This document shows positions 6,921-14,923 of a DNA stretch of 41,708 nt, in pieces (the stretch's first letter is position 1; each line of letters opens with the position of its first letter). The notes under the pieces were generated by a model. That model saw only the letters and a list, made by a program, of their open reading frames with translations. It was not told the origin of the DNA and did no database searches. Source of the DNA: a virus (Duplodnaviria; Caudoviricetes); IMG/VR virus record IMGVR_UViG_3300037308_000090, positions 1 to 41,708 of that record; one strand, given 5' to 3'. A program made the position numbers and the translations under genes.

Positions 6921-7695
6921 TACAGCATCTCAACAACTCCAGTTTGAGGTGGGGAGAACAATGCTCTTCTACGGCGTGACTGGCGTCGGGAAGACGGTGT
7001 TCGGGGCTCAAGCACCCGGCTGTGTGGACTTCGATATGGAAGGAGGATCGGTGTCCATCCAACCTGGGAGGAAGGATATTCCGGTTTCTTTCCCGGATAT
7101 CCCAATCATCAACATCGAGTCCTGGTCGGACATCATGGAGGTTCAAGCGGCCTTCACCTCAATGAAGCCTGGTGAGAAGCTCATCAAGCTTCGAGGCCAA
7201 GAGATTCCTATTGAGACGGCCTTACTGGACACAATCGGAGAACTCGGGCGGATCATCATGTTTGACGTCCTTCGCGGAGCGAACCGCGAAGTTCCTCGCT
7301 TCGACGAGTGGAATCTTGCTATCGAGCGAGTGCGTCGAACATGTCGGTTCTTCCGAGACCTCAGGTTGAAGGGTCTCAATGTGATCTTCATCGCGCACGA
7401 AGATTACGAGAAGCAAGACCTCACCAGCACCATCATGGGCCTGCCCGACGTCCTAGGTCGACAGCTTCCTCAGGAAGTTGCTGGCTACATGGACATCGTA
7501 TGCCACATGACCTTTCGCACGGACCCCAAAACGGGAGTGCAAGAACGTGTGCTTTGTACTCAACGTGACGGGATCTTCGTTGGAAGGGATCGCACGTGGG
7601 CTCTCGACAAATATGAGCCTGCGGATTTCCCGAAGTTCTGGGCCAAGGTACTCAAGTCCAAGGAGCAGTCCAACAACGAACAAGGAGCGAAGTAA
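6910..7695 (+). CDS. AAA_24 / Sak4-like ATPase (recombinase)
   Basis: YGVTGVGKT Walker A, DMEGG, LDTI, IFIAHE; lies next to a DUF669-like gene and an exonuclease. Confidence 0.85.
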   Translation: MRISTASQQLQFEVGRTMLFYGVTGVGKTVFGAQAPGCVDFDMEGGSVSIQPGRKDIPVSFPDIPIINIESWSDIMEVQAAFTSMKPGEKLIKLRGQEIPIETALLDTIGELGRIIMFDVLRGANREVPRFDEWNLAIERVRRTCRFFRDLRLKGLNVIFIAHEDYEKQDLTSTIMGLPDVLGRQLPQEVAGYMDIVCHMTFRTDPKTGVQERVLCTQRDGIFVGRDRTWALDKYEPADFPKFWAKVLKSKEQSNNEQGAK

Positions 7696-8075
7696 TGGAC
7701 ATCAATGTCAACCTGCAAGATATCCCAACTGCTGGTTACGTTCCCCCAGGGACCTACGTGTTTCGCGTGACCAAGTTGGAGCTCGCGGATTCGAAGAGCT
7801 CTCCTGGGGAGAAGAAGCTCAATCTGCGGGCAGCTGTGGTTGAGGGTCCGGGAGCTGGGGAGTCCGAGGTCTGGGACAACTTCAGCCTCATGCCCGATGC
7901 GCTCTGGCGCCTGCGCGATTTCGTGGCCGCGTGTGGTGTGTACCCAGGGCCGAACGGCTTCCGCACCGAGGAGATGATCGGGCGGATGTTCCGTGCCACA
8001 GCTGAGGACAACGAGTGGCCCAAAGGGTCCGGACAGAAGCGGACTCGTTTGGTTCAGTACGCTGCCCTCAACTAA
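7695..8075 (+). CDS. DUF669-like single-stranded DNA-binding protein
   Basis: VPPGTYVFRV...SK...LNL...VWDNF....ALWRL pattern; follows the Sak4-like gene. Confidence 0.75.
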   Translation: MDINVNLQDIPTAGYVPPGTYVFRVTKLELADSKSSPGEKKLNLRAAVVEGPGAGESEVWDNFSLMPDALWRLRDFVAACGVYPGPNGFRTEEMIGRMFRATAEDNEWPKGSGQKRTRLVQYAALN

Positions 8076-8084
8076 CTGAAACAC

Positions 8085-8305
8085 AGTGCGGCGTGGCAGC
8101 GCCGGGTTTGGGTTGGTGGAGGAGAGACTGTTAGTAGCTGCCCGAAGATGCGTTGGTGGGAGCCGGGTGGGGAATCCGGCCACGGGCACAAGGCAAAGGC
8201 GGGAACGGGGCGACACTGACATACCTGCTTCGCGGGTTTGCTCAGGTTACAACACACTAACACGGTGCGTTCCTCCACCGAAAGGTGTCAACTGCCACCG
8301 TGGAA
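8085..8305 (+). ncRNA. Candidate ~220-nt multi-stem structured RNA
   Basis: Nested complementary segments: 8093-8099/8292-8298, 8115-8123/8271-8279, 8129-8135/8256-8262, 8139-8144/8183-8188, 8162-8166/8176-8180, 8192-8197/8237-8242. No convincing ORF. Confidence 0.6.
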
Positions 8306-8350
8306 AATTGTCGAGGACCTAGCCCCTAGTACCGCCTGAGCCGAGGAGGA

Positions 8351-8557
8351 ATGAATATGGGTTTATTGTTAACCACAAATGAGCGTGAACGATTTTGTTG
8401 CTGGCTGAAAAACGAAATTGAAAGCGGTCAGCTTATTCTACAGCAGATGGAAAAACTTAATGTGGGGCCACTCATACAGAAAGAGAAAACAGAGATCGGA
8501 GCAGCTATTATCATTCTGCGGAAACTTCAGTCGATAGAAGAAATGCAAGTCGGCTAG
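8351..8557 (+). CDS. Hypothetical protein (cassette 1)
   Basis: Follows repeat copy 1; visibly more AT-rich than the flanks. Confidence 0.7.
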   Translation: MNMGLLLTTNERERFCCWLKNEIESGQLILQQMEKLNVGPLIQKEKTEIGAAIIILRKLQSIEEMQVG

Positions 8558-8581
8558 TCCTGCCTGAGCCGAGGAGTTCGC

Positions 8582-8821
8582 ATGATTCTACATCATCCGA
8601 TGTGTCAATTTACGCGATGCGAGATTTGTCTAGAGGATCATCGTGCCCTAGAAGCAGAACTGCAACGCCGATGTGGCGGCGGAAATTTCGACTGGCTTAG
8701 TAAGTATCACAAATTTATGCAGGGGAGACCAGGGGGCGCAGAGACGGAGTTTGGGTGGGCGACACCGCAGTCATTTGACGAGGAGAACATTCAGGCGTTT
8801 GTGGAGTGGTGGAACGCCTGA
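8582..8821 (+). CDS. Hypothetical protein (cassette 2)
   Basis: Follows repeat copy 2; its TGA stop lies inside repeat copy 3. Confidence 0.7.
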   Translation: MILHHPMCQFTRCEICLEDHRALEAELQRRCGGGNFDWLSKYHKFMQGRPGGAETEFGWATPQSFDEENIQAFVEWWNA

Positions 8822-8835
8822 GCCGAGGAGGAGAG

Positions 8836-9048
8836 ATGACGTTTGAAGAGTGGTGGGATGAGAACTCAGACGCAGATGATATTTGTGAATATCTAAAAAA
8901 CAATTTGACGATTCGCGATGTGTGGTTTGCTGCCCAAGAAGACATGCGGGAGCGGGCGGCGTATGAATTAGAGGCCGCATTCGCAGAGTGTGACACTCTC
9001 AATTTGTTACACGGGGCGGCACGTGTACGCGCCCTGCCAGTGGAGTGA
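8836..9048 (+). CDS. Hypothetical protein (cassette 3)
   Basis: Follows repeat copy 3; MTFEEWWDEN is a typical small phage protein start. Confidence 0.7.
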   Translation: MTFEEWWDENSDADDICEYLKNNLTIRDVWFAAQEDMRERAAYELEAAFAECDTLNLLHGAARVRALPVE

Positions 9049-9051
9049 GTG

Positions 9052-9477
9052 ATGAACGGGAAGGAGATTGTTGATCAGTGGCAGAGGGACCAGATGCACA
9101 GTGTCGCACTGTGCGGATATGCGCCGTTGGTTGCTGCCATCGACCACGCCATCGCCTCCGCCCGTGCCGAGGGTGCCGCCAATGCCGTCGCCGCGTGTGA
9201 CGCGCTGAGGGCAAGGCGGAAGGGGTGCGGGAGGAGCGAGAGGCGTGTGTGGAATCAATCAATCGATTGTGGCTTTACTCTGAACATAACACCGGATATT
9301 ACTGGGAGATTATCGACGCTATTCGAGCTAGGGAGTAACACTATGACATGGTGGCTCTGGGCCGCGTTGTGGTTTGTGATTGGGGCAATCCTTGGTCCAC
9401 TCCTTTATTATTGGGGTCTCTGCGCCTGGATGTGGATTGACAATGTGCGCGCTAGAAGGAGCACACCATGCCTATAG
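9052..9477 (+). CDS. Hypothetical protein with C-terminal membrane segment (may be two genes)
   Basis: ORF with an internal RBS and ATG at 9343 before the hydrophobic MTWWLWAALWFVIGAIL. Confidence 0.45.
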   Translation: MNGKEIVDQWQRDQMHSVALCGYAPLVAAIDHAIASARAEGAANAVAACDALRARRKGCGRSERRVWNQSIDCGFTLNITPDITGRLSTLFELGSNTMTWWLWAALWFVIGAILGPLLYYWGLCAWMWIDNVRARRSTPCL

Positions 9478-9851
9478 GATTGTGCGGGTACTGTAACGTT
9501 GACTCTGGTGGGCACCACGAGTGGGGATGCCCACTTAGTCCAAAGACATTTCCTGGTCCACAAACGTGCGGGCACGAGCAGGAACTTGCCCAACTACGCA
9601 AACAGGTGGAGATTTTATTGAAGCATGCCGCGTTGGGTGCGCCTGCCCCAATCGTCATCCAGTGCGGCCACGAGCAGGAACTTTCCGAGCTTCGCGCCGA
9701 GGCGGAGAAGTTGCGGAAGGCGTGCAGATTGGCTCTAGACGAGATCGCGTCGCCAGGGTTTGGTCGGGAGGGGTACGCTAACGCCGTGAACGTCCATGCG
9801 GCATTATCACTGGCCCTCTCGCCAGCGGAGGTTCCATGCAATCAAACCTAA
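9468..9851 (+). CDS. Hypothetical protein with duplicated CGHEQEL motif
   Basis: AAGGAG RBS; internal repeat at ~9566 and ~9662. Confidence 0.6.
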   Translation: MPIGLCGYCNVDSGGHHEWGCPLSPKTFPGPQTCGHEQELAQLRKQVEILLKHAALGAPAPIVIQCGHEQELSELRAEAEKLRKACRLALDEIASPGFGREGYANAVNVHAALSLALSPAEVPCNQT

Positions 9852-10246
9852 AGGAGATTCAATTCTACTACGAGCCGAAGTGGATATCGTACAACGAGAT
9901 TAAGTGTAAGTGCGGTTGCGGAATCAACAATATTGACACAATACTCCTCATCAAATTTGATGCAATTAGGGAGATGGTTGGACGTCCTCTAATTGTTACC
10001 TCCGCATGTCGTTGTTTAGAACACAACAAAAAAGAAGGTGGAGCAGCCGATTCTATGCACATTTCTACTGTAGTCCGAAAGTGCCGAGCAATGGACATTA
10101 GGGCGGTTGGTGACAAAGAAGTTCGTGAAGTCGTTGCAGCCGCTATATACTATCAGATGCCGAGGATCTTCATCAACTGGGCTAATAACTTCATTCACTG
10201 CGATCTTCGGACAGACCTCGATTGGCCTGTATTGGGGACATACTAA
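9836..10246 (+). CDS. Peptidase M15A family Zn peptidase (probable endolysin)
   Basis: CKCGCG, IVTSACRC..HN...GGA..SMH, AMDI, FIHCD. Confidence 0.9.
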   Translation: MQSNLKEIQFYYEPKWISYNEIKCKCGCGINNIDTILLIKFDAIREMVGRPLIVTSACRCLEHNKKEGGAADSMHISTVVRKCRAMDIRAVGDKEVREVVAAAIYYQMPRIFINWANNFIHCDLRTDLDWPVLGTY

Positions 10247-10761
10247 TGGGCGAATGTAGAAAGTGTACGTATCTGGGGTGTGAGGAAGGTATTCTTTGTT
10301 GGTGCAAGAAGGGTGTTTGGTGTGAAGACGGAAAGAAGAGAGTGTACTTCAAGACCTCGGTAGACAAGAACTCCCCCCGCGTACAACAATTTGGAGAAAG
10401 GTGTAGGCACTATGAAAATGTCAATCACCAAGCAGTTCACGTTCGAAGCTTCTCATCGGTTGTTGGACTTCCCGGAGGATCATCCGTGCGCCAGGATGCA
10501 CGGGCATTCGTACCGAACAACGGTAACGTTGTCAGGTCCAGTCAAGGGGTTAGGTCCCAAACTGGGAGTGATTCTGGACTTCGGCGAGTTGAAAGAGATA
10601 TGGAAGCGAGACTTAGAGCCATTGTTAGATCACAGACACCTCAACGACACCCTCAACAGGAGGAATCCAACAGCGGAGATCATCGCAATGTGGCTTCTGG
10701 CGGCGTGGCAGGAACACATCACGGATCCGAGGATCAAAGTGGAGGAGGTAACAGTTTATGA
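10246..10761 (+). CDS. Cys-rich hypothetical protein whose frame runs through queD
   Basis: TAATG coupling; MGECRKC...CWCKKGVW...CRHY. The tail overlaps queD in another frame. Confidence 0.5.
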   Translation: MGECRKCTYLGCEEGILCWCKKGVWCEDGKKRVYFKTSVDKNSPRVQQFGERCRHYENVNHQAVHVRSFSSVVGLPGGSSVRQDARAFVPNNGNVVRSSQGVRSQTGSDSGLRRVERDMEARLRAIVRSQTPQRHPQQEESNSGDHRNVASGGVAGTHHGSEDQSGGGNSL

Positions 10762-10798
10762 AACAGCCACAGGGTGGGCAACAGCTACTTCCGATTAA
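10412..10798 (+). CDS. queD: 6-carboxy-5,6,7,8-tetrahydropterin synthase
   Basis: FEASHRL, CARMHGHSY, LDFGELK, LDHRHLN, NPTAE, VYET. Confidence 0.95.
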   Translation: MKMSITKQFTFEASHRLLDFPEDHPCARMHGHSYRTTVTLSGPVKGLGPKLGVILDFGELKEIWKRDLEPLLDHRHLNDTLNRRNPTAEIIAMWLLAAWQEHITDPRIKVEEVTVYETATGWATATSD

Positions 10799-11390
10799 CG
10801 AGATTTTCTACTCCATCCAGGGTGAGGGTCATTGGACTGGGTACCCAATGATCTTCATTCGCCTCGCCGGTTGCAACCTGAAGTGCAGTTGGTGCGATCA
10901 AGCGGACAGCGTTCCACTTGAGGGTACGAAGCTCAAGTTCACCAGAATGAGCCTCATGGAAATCGTTGAGGAGGTTTCCAAGTTCTACCACTGCAGGCGG
11001 GTATGTCTCACTGGTGGAGAACCTACGGCTCACGATTTGGAGGGTTTGGTTCAGTATCTCAGAGGTTTGGGCAAGGTTATCCATATGGAGTCCAATGGGA
11101 GCTTGTGGACCTCATGGCTCCCTCTAGTTGATTGGATCACAATCAGCCCAAAGGGGCCCATCAACTGGGACGCCTTCGAACTCGCACACGAACTCAAGTA
11201 CGTAGTAGACGCGAATTTCCAACTCAAGGATGTAATTAGCAACAAGAAGAACGTCCCTGTGTACCTGATGCCGGTAAATGATCAGTTTGCCGTGAACGCC
11301 CAAAAGATGTCGGAGGTTATCACGTTAGTGAAGAACTTCCCACAATACGCCATTTGTGCCCAGTGGCACAAGTTTATGGGGGTGAGATGA
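10758..11390 (+). CDS. queE: 7-carboxy-7-deazaguanine synthase (radical SAM)
   Basis: EIFYSIQGEG, FIRLAGCNLKCSWCD, LTGGEP, ESNG, TISPK, QWHK. Confidence 0.95.
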   Translation: MKQPQGGQQLLPINEIFYSIQGEGHWTGYPMIFIRLAGCNLKCSWCDQADSVPLEGTKLKFTRMSLMEIVEEVSKFYHCRRVCLTGGEPTAHDLEGLVQYLRGLGKVIHMESNGSLWTSWLPLVDWITISPKGPINWDAFELAHELKYVVDANFQLKDVISNKKNVPVYLMPVNDQFAVNAQKMSEVITLVKNFPQYAICAQWHKFMGVR

Positions 11391-11590
11391 GCATCACAAG
11401 AGAGGAAATTCAGAAATATGTGAAGGACACACGATGGCAGCACTTCCGTCTTGGCTTGCAAGGCCTTTCCACCACAGAGAAGTTGGTGAAGCTGGAGCAG
11501 TGGCTTCGAGAACATGGTAACAGTAGGGCGTCGCAGGTGCAGGTGGAGAACTATCGAAACGCTTTGAGGAGAGGAGGTCTCATCAAATGA
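11387..11590 (+). CDS. Hypothetical phage protein
   Basis: ATGA overlap with queE; WQHFRLGL..LSTTEKL...QVENYRNALRRGG. Confidence 0.7.
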   Translation: MSITREEIQKYVKDTRWQHFRLGLQGLSTTEKLVKLEQWLREHGNSRASQVQVENYRNALRRGGLIK

Positions 11591-11745
11591 ACTCGTACCA
11601 GTGCGTTCATGGTGTTTGGCACAGTAGGGAAGAGTCTCGGATGGCTCTCGAGTGGGCTGCTCGTGTTCACTCGAAGGACGAACTCAAACCGGGTGAGTGT
11701 TGGATCATCCTTTATCGCGAAGCTAAACAGAAAGGGAAAGCATGA
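11587..11745 (+). CDS. Hypothetical protein, 52 aa
   Basis: GGAGG RBS; ATGA overlaps at both ends (hand translation). Confidence 0.5.
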   Translation: MNSYQCVHGVWHSREESRMALEWAARVHSKDELKPGECWIILYREAKQKGKA

Positions 11746-12293
11746 ACAATAATGGGTGGGATGCCAAGAAGATTGAGGATGGCGTTCGATTGATGCTCGA
11801 AGGACTTGGTTGCGACATCAACGATCGGAACTTCGTGGGGACCCCGAAGAGAGTTGCAGATGCGTTCGCGGAGTTATTCGTTCCTCCGGATGAAGATTGG
11901 CCTCTGTTCAAGGAGGATTATTGTGGAATCGTCCTTGCAAAGAACCATATCTGCTATACGTTGTGTCCGCATCACCTGCTCCCTGTTACCCTCACAATCA
12001 GCATGGCCTACCAACCACACGGTCAATGTATCGGACTTTCGAAGCTGCCTCGAATGGTTGCTGACGTTAACAGAAAACCTCTCCTTCAAGAACAACTCAC
12101 AGCCACCCTTGCTGACCGTTTATATAACATACCAGGATCAGGAGGGTCAGCTGTGTTCGTTAAGGGTCGACATTCCTGCGTCAGCATCCGAGGTATCAAA
12201 TCTCCTGCGGAAGTCATTACAACAGCAGTTAGGGGATCTTTCGAGCAACCAGAGGCATGGGATAACTTCTGTCGGATAGCGGTGGGCCAATGA
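11742..12293 (+). CDS. folE: GTP cyclohydrolase I
   Basis: TPKRVA, LCPHHLLP, GLSKLPR, LQEQLT, HSCVSIRG. Confidence 0.95.
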   Translation: MNNNGWDAKKIEDGVRLMLEGLGCDINDRNFVGTPKRVADAFAELFVPPDEDWPLFKEDYCGIVLAKNHICYTLCPHHLLPVTLTISMAYQPHGQCIGLSKLPRMVADVNRKPLLQEQLTATLADRLYNIPGSGGSAVFVKGRHSCVSIRGIKSPAEVITTAVRGSFEQPEAWDNFCRIAVGQ

Positions 12294-14584
12294 CAGAAAT
12301 CGCAATCGACCTCAGCACAACTCAACGCGCGGTTTGTGGTTGCTACGCCACCTTCCCAGGAACACGTCATGTTCGGGGGGTTGGGCCCTCTCCAAAACCT
12401 AGGATGATGATTATTGGGGAGGCTCCTGGTGAGGATGAGGATCGAGAGGGAGTTCCCTTCTGCGGCTCCACGGGACGTATGCTCTACGTCTTATGCCGTC
12501 AGGCTGGATTCCGCCGAGATGAGTGTTATATCACCAACGTGGTTAAACACCGACCACCTAGCAACAACATCTCCGCGGTATCTTGGGACAATCTGTCTAA
12601 GCAGTACGAGCTCTTGTGGGAAGAGATTAAGTTAGTCCAACCCAACATCATCGTCCCACTAGGTGAAACTGCTCTCAACGCCTTCGCCAAGGAAGGGATT
12701 ACGGATTGGAGAGGAAGTCTCCTTGAGTGGAATGGGTTTAAGGTCCTGCCAACCTACCATCCATCCTACCTCTTCAATTTTAGAGCACCAGAGATGTGGA
12801 CTGTGGTGGTCGAGGATTTGAGGAAGGCTTGGCGTTTCAGCGACACTCCAAACTATGCCGCCCCAGTCCGTGATTATCGTAAGTACCCCACACGAGGAGA
12901 ATGGGAACATTGGGTGGAGAGTGTGAAGCCTAATGAGCCAATGGTTGTTGATATTGAAACCTTGGAGGAGGATTGGAGTGATATTCGCCTTCTTGGTTTC
13001 AGCAACAAGACCCGATTCGCCATCTGCGTTCCTCCGGACCCAGATTTCGTTCCAGGGCTCCTAACGTTGATGAACAAACCCCTGAGGTGGATTCAACAGA
13101 ACTCCTTCTTCGATGAGGACAAGATTGAGAACACCTTTGGGATTCGACTCGTTCCATTCTACGATACGATGTTGGCTCATCATCTGATTGCTCATTTCCT
13201 TCCACACAACTTGGGTTTCATGGGTTCGATGTACACAGACATGCCCTACTGGAAACACCATGCCGGTGAGGATCTGAGACACTACAACTGTGAGGATTGT
13301 GACGGAACCTTTCAGGTGTACGAAGGTCAAATGATGGACCTCGGTAAGTACAAAATGCTTCCTCTCCTCAGGTTGGTGATGAGAAATCAAAAGGTTGTCT
13401 ATAAGATGAGGAGGAGGGGAATCTGCTTCAACACACCGAAGTGTGAGAAGGTAGGCAGTAAGTACATGAACAAGGCTGCTGAGCTTCTCTGTGAGATGCA
13501 ACACCTTGTTGGTATCAAGTATCTCAACCCAGATTCTCCTCAGGAGATGGCTGACGTTCTGTACAACAAGTTGAACCTCGCTAAGCAGTTTCGGGTCGAT
13601 AAACATACGAGAGAGAAGAAGGTTACTACCAACAAAAAGGCATTGGACAAGTTGATGGAGGAGAACCCCAATCTGCCCTTTATGAAGTGTCTGAAGGAGT
13701 ACAGGCACTTGGTGAAGATGGTCCGTACCTATATCCCCAAGGAGTTTGAGATGGTAGGCGAGGGTTTAGGAATCGCTTACTTTGATTGGAAGATGAATGG
13801 TACGGAAACGGGGAGGTACTCAAGTCATGTTCATACTTATCCGCCAGAGATGAGGTGGGTTATTGTTCCGCGTCCGGGCTACAAACTTGGGTACTATGAC
13901 TACAGTCAGCTCGAGTTTCGGATTGATATGTATGAGAGTCAAGATCCGATCGGGATGGAACTCCTCAACTCAGGTGGCGATATACATCGTATGTGCGCAG
14001 CCAAAGCATTTAAGAAACCACCTGAAGACATCAGCGGCTTGGAACGATTCATGGCGAAGTTCGTTGTTCATGGTTGCCGCTATGGTAGGGGTGCTGAGGA
14101 TGTAGCAAAGCAGTTCGGGTGTTCAATACCAGAAGCGGAGGGAATCATCGAAACGGTTCTTGGTCCGTTTAGGAGGTACATGGAGTTTCGAGATGCTCAA
14201 GTCGATCATGTCAGACAACATGGTTGGCTTGCCAACTGGATTGGACGCCGCCGTTATTGGCCCAAAGGTGTAAATGTTCCCGAGGTCTACAACTTCAGGC
14301 CCCAGAGTGGTGGCCATGATATTTTGATGTTTGCCGCAGCAGAAGTTGAAGAGCAACTCGGGGACCAAGTGCACATCATTGCGGACATGCATGATGGGTT
14401 GTTGACCGAGGAGCCTATTGAAGACACCGATGGGACGCTGTGCAAGCGAGTTGGAGAGCTTATGGGTATGGAGTACATGCCTGGTTTATCCGTTCCAGGG
14501 AAGGGTGAAAACGCAATGAATTGGGGTGTCCTCGATGACCGATACACCCCAGAGGGAGAGTGGGCTTTCCTCAAGGAGGAGTGA
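12290..14584 (+). CDS. Family A DNA polymerase with N-terminal family-4 uracil-DNA glycosylase-like domain and 3'-5' exonuclease
   Basis: UDG: IGEAPG..ED..G.PFCG..G, TNVVK.RPP.N, PTYHPS. Exonuclease: DIET, N..FD, YNCED. Polymerase: TGRYSS, DYSQLEFR, RFMAKFVVHGCRYG, MHDG. Confidence 0.92.
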   Translation: MTEIAIDLSTTQRAVCGCYATFPGTRHVRGVGPSPKPRMMIIGEAPGEDEDREGVPFCGSTGRMLYVLCRQAGFRRDECYITNVVKHRPPSNNISAVSWDNLSKQYELLWEEIKLVQPNIIVPLGETALNAFAKEGITDWRGSLLEWNGFKVLPTYHPSYLFNFRAPEMWTVVVEDLRKAWRFSDTPNYAAPVRDYRKYPTRGEWEHWVESVKPNEPMVVDIETLEEDWSDIRLLGFSNKTRFAICVPPDPDFVPGLLTLMNKPLRWIQQNSFFDEDKIENTFGIRLVPFYDTMLAHHLIAHFLPHNLGFMGSMYTDMPYWKHHAGEDLRHYNCEDCDGTFQVYEGQMMDLGKYKMLPLLRLVMRNQKVVYKMRRRGICFNTPKCEKVGSKYMNKAAELLCEMQHLVGIKYLNPDSPQEMADVLYNKLNLAKQFRVDKHTREKKVTTNKKALDKLMEENPNLPFMKCLKEYRHLVKMVRTYIPKEFEMVGEGLGIAYFDWKMNGTETGRYSSHVHTYPPEMRWVIVPRPGYKLGYYDYSQLEFRIDMYESQDPIGMELLNSGGDIHRMCAAKAFKKPPEDISGLERFMAKFVVHGCRYGRGAEDVAKQFGCSIPEAEGIIETVLGPFRRYMEFRDAQVDHVRQHGWLANWIGRRRYWPKGVNVPEVYNFRPQSGGHDILMFAAAEVEEQLGDQVHIIADMHDGLLTEEPIEDTDGTLCKRVGELMGMEYMPGLSVPGKGENAMNWGVLDDRYTPEGEWAFLKEE

Positions 14585-14805
14585 TGAGCCAACCTCAAGA
14601 CAAGATTCAGGTAGTAATTGCGGTGTTGAAGAAAAGGTTTCCCAACTTGAGTGTAGCGGAGTGCATCGACATCACCTTCAACATCCTCAACGGATTGGAG
14701 GCTTTAAATGAACCCACCTCTGTTCTACTTCCGCCGCCACCTGGAGTGGCTGGAGAACTCGTTGAAGGACCTCGGAAAGGAGGAGGAGAGAATCAAGCAA
14801 GGTAA
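14584..14805 (+). CDS. Hypothetical protein
   Basis: AAGGAGGAG RBS and TGATG coupling; the 3' part overlaps the next gene. Confidence 0.5.
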   Translation: MSQPQDKIQVVIAVLKKRFPNLSVAECIDITFNILNGLEALNEPTSVLLPPPPGVAGELVEGPRKGGGENQAR

Positions 14806-14923
14806 GTTAGTTATCACATCAAACATCAAGCACATCAAAGAGGTCATTGGCAAACTTGAACAGGAGGAGCAGGATGGAAAAAGTAAAGCTGGCGTACCAA
14901 GTTCCCCTACCCCATCTAAGTGA
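14708..14923 (+). CDS. Hypothetical coiled-coil protein
   Basis: GGAGG RBS; heptad-like sequence. Confidence 0.55.
   Translation: MNPPLFYFRRHLEWLENSLKDLGKEEERIKQGKLVITSNIKHIKEVIGKLEQEEQDGKSKAGVPSSPTPSK

Larger units (their letters stand above)
8334..8830 (+). repeat. 15-bp direct repeat GCCTGAGCCGAGGAG x3 (8334-8348, 8562-8576, 8816-8830)
   Basis: Three exact copies, each containing the RBS of the following small gene. Confidence 0.9.

Noticed and set aside
8139-8190. tRNA gene
   Set aside because: There is a T-arm-like hairpin and acceptor-like pairing, but no TTC loop consensus, D arm, anticodon arm or CCA.
8334-8830. CRISPR array suggested by direct repeats near a Cas4-like gene
   Set aside because: Repeats are only 15 bp and separated by more than 200-nt protein-coding genes; no cas1/cas2. 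Stand-alone Cas4-like nucleases are common in phage recombination modules.
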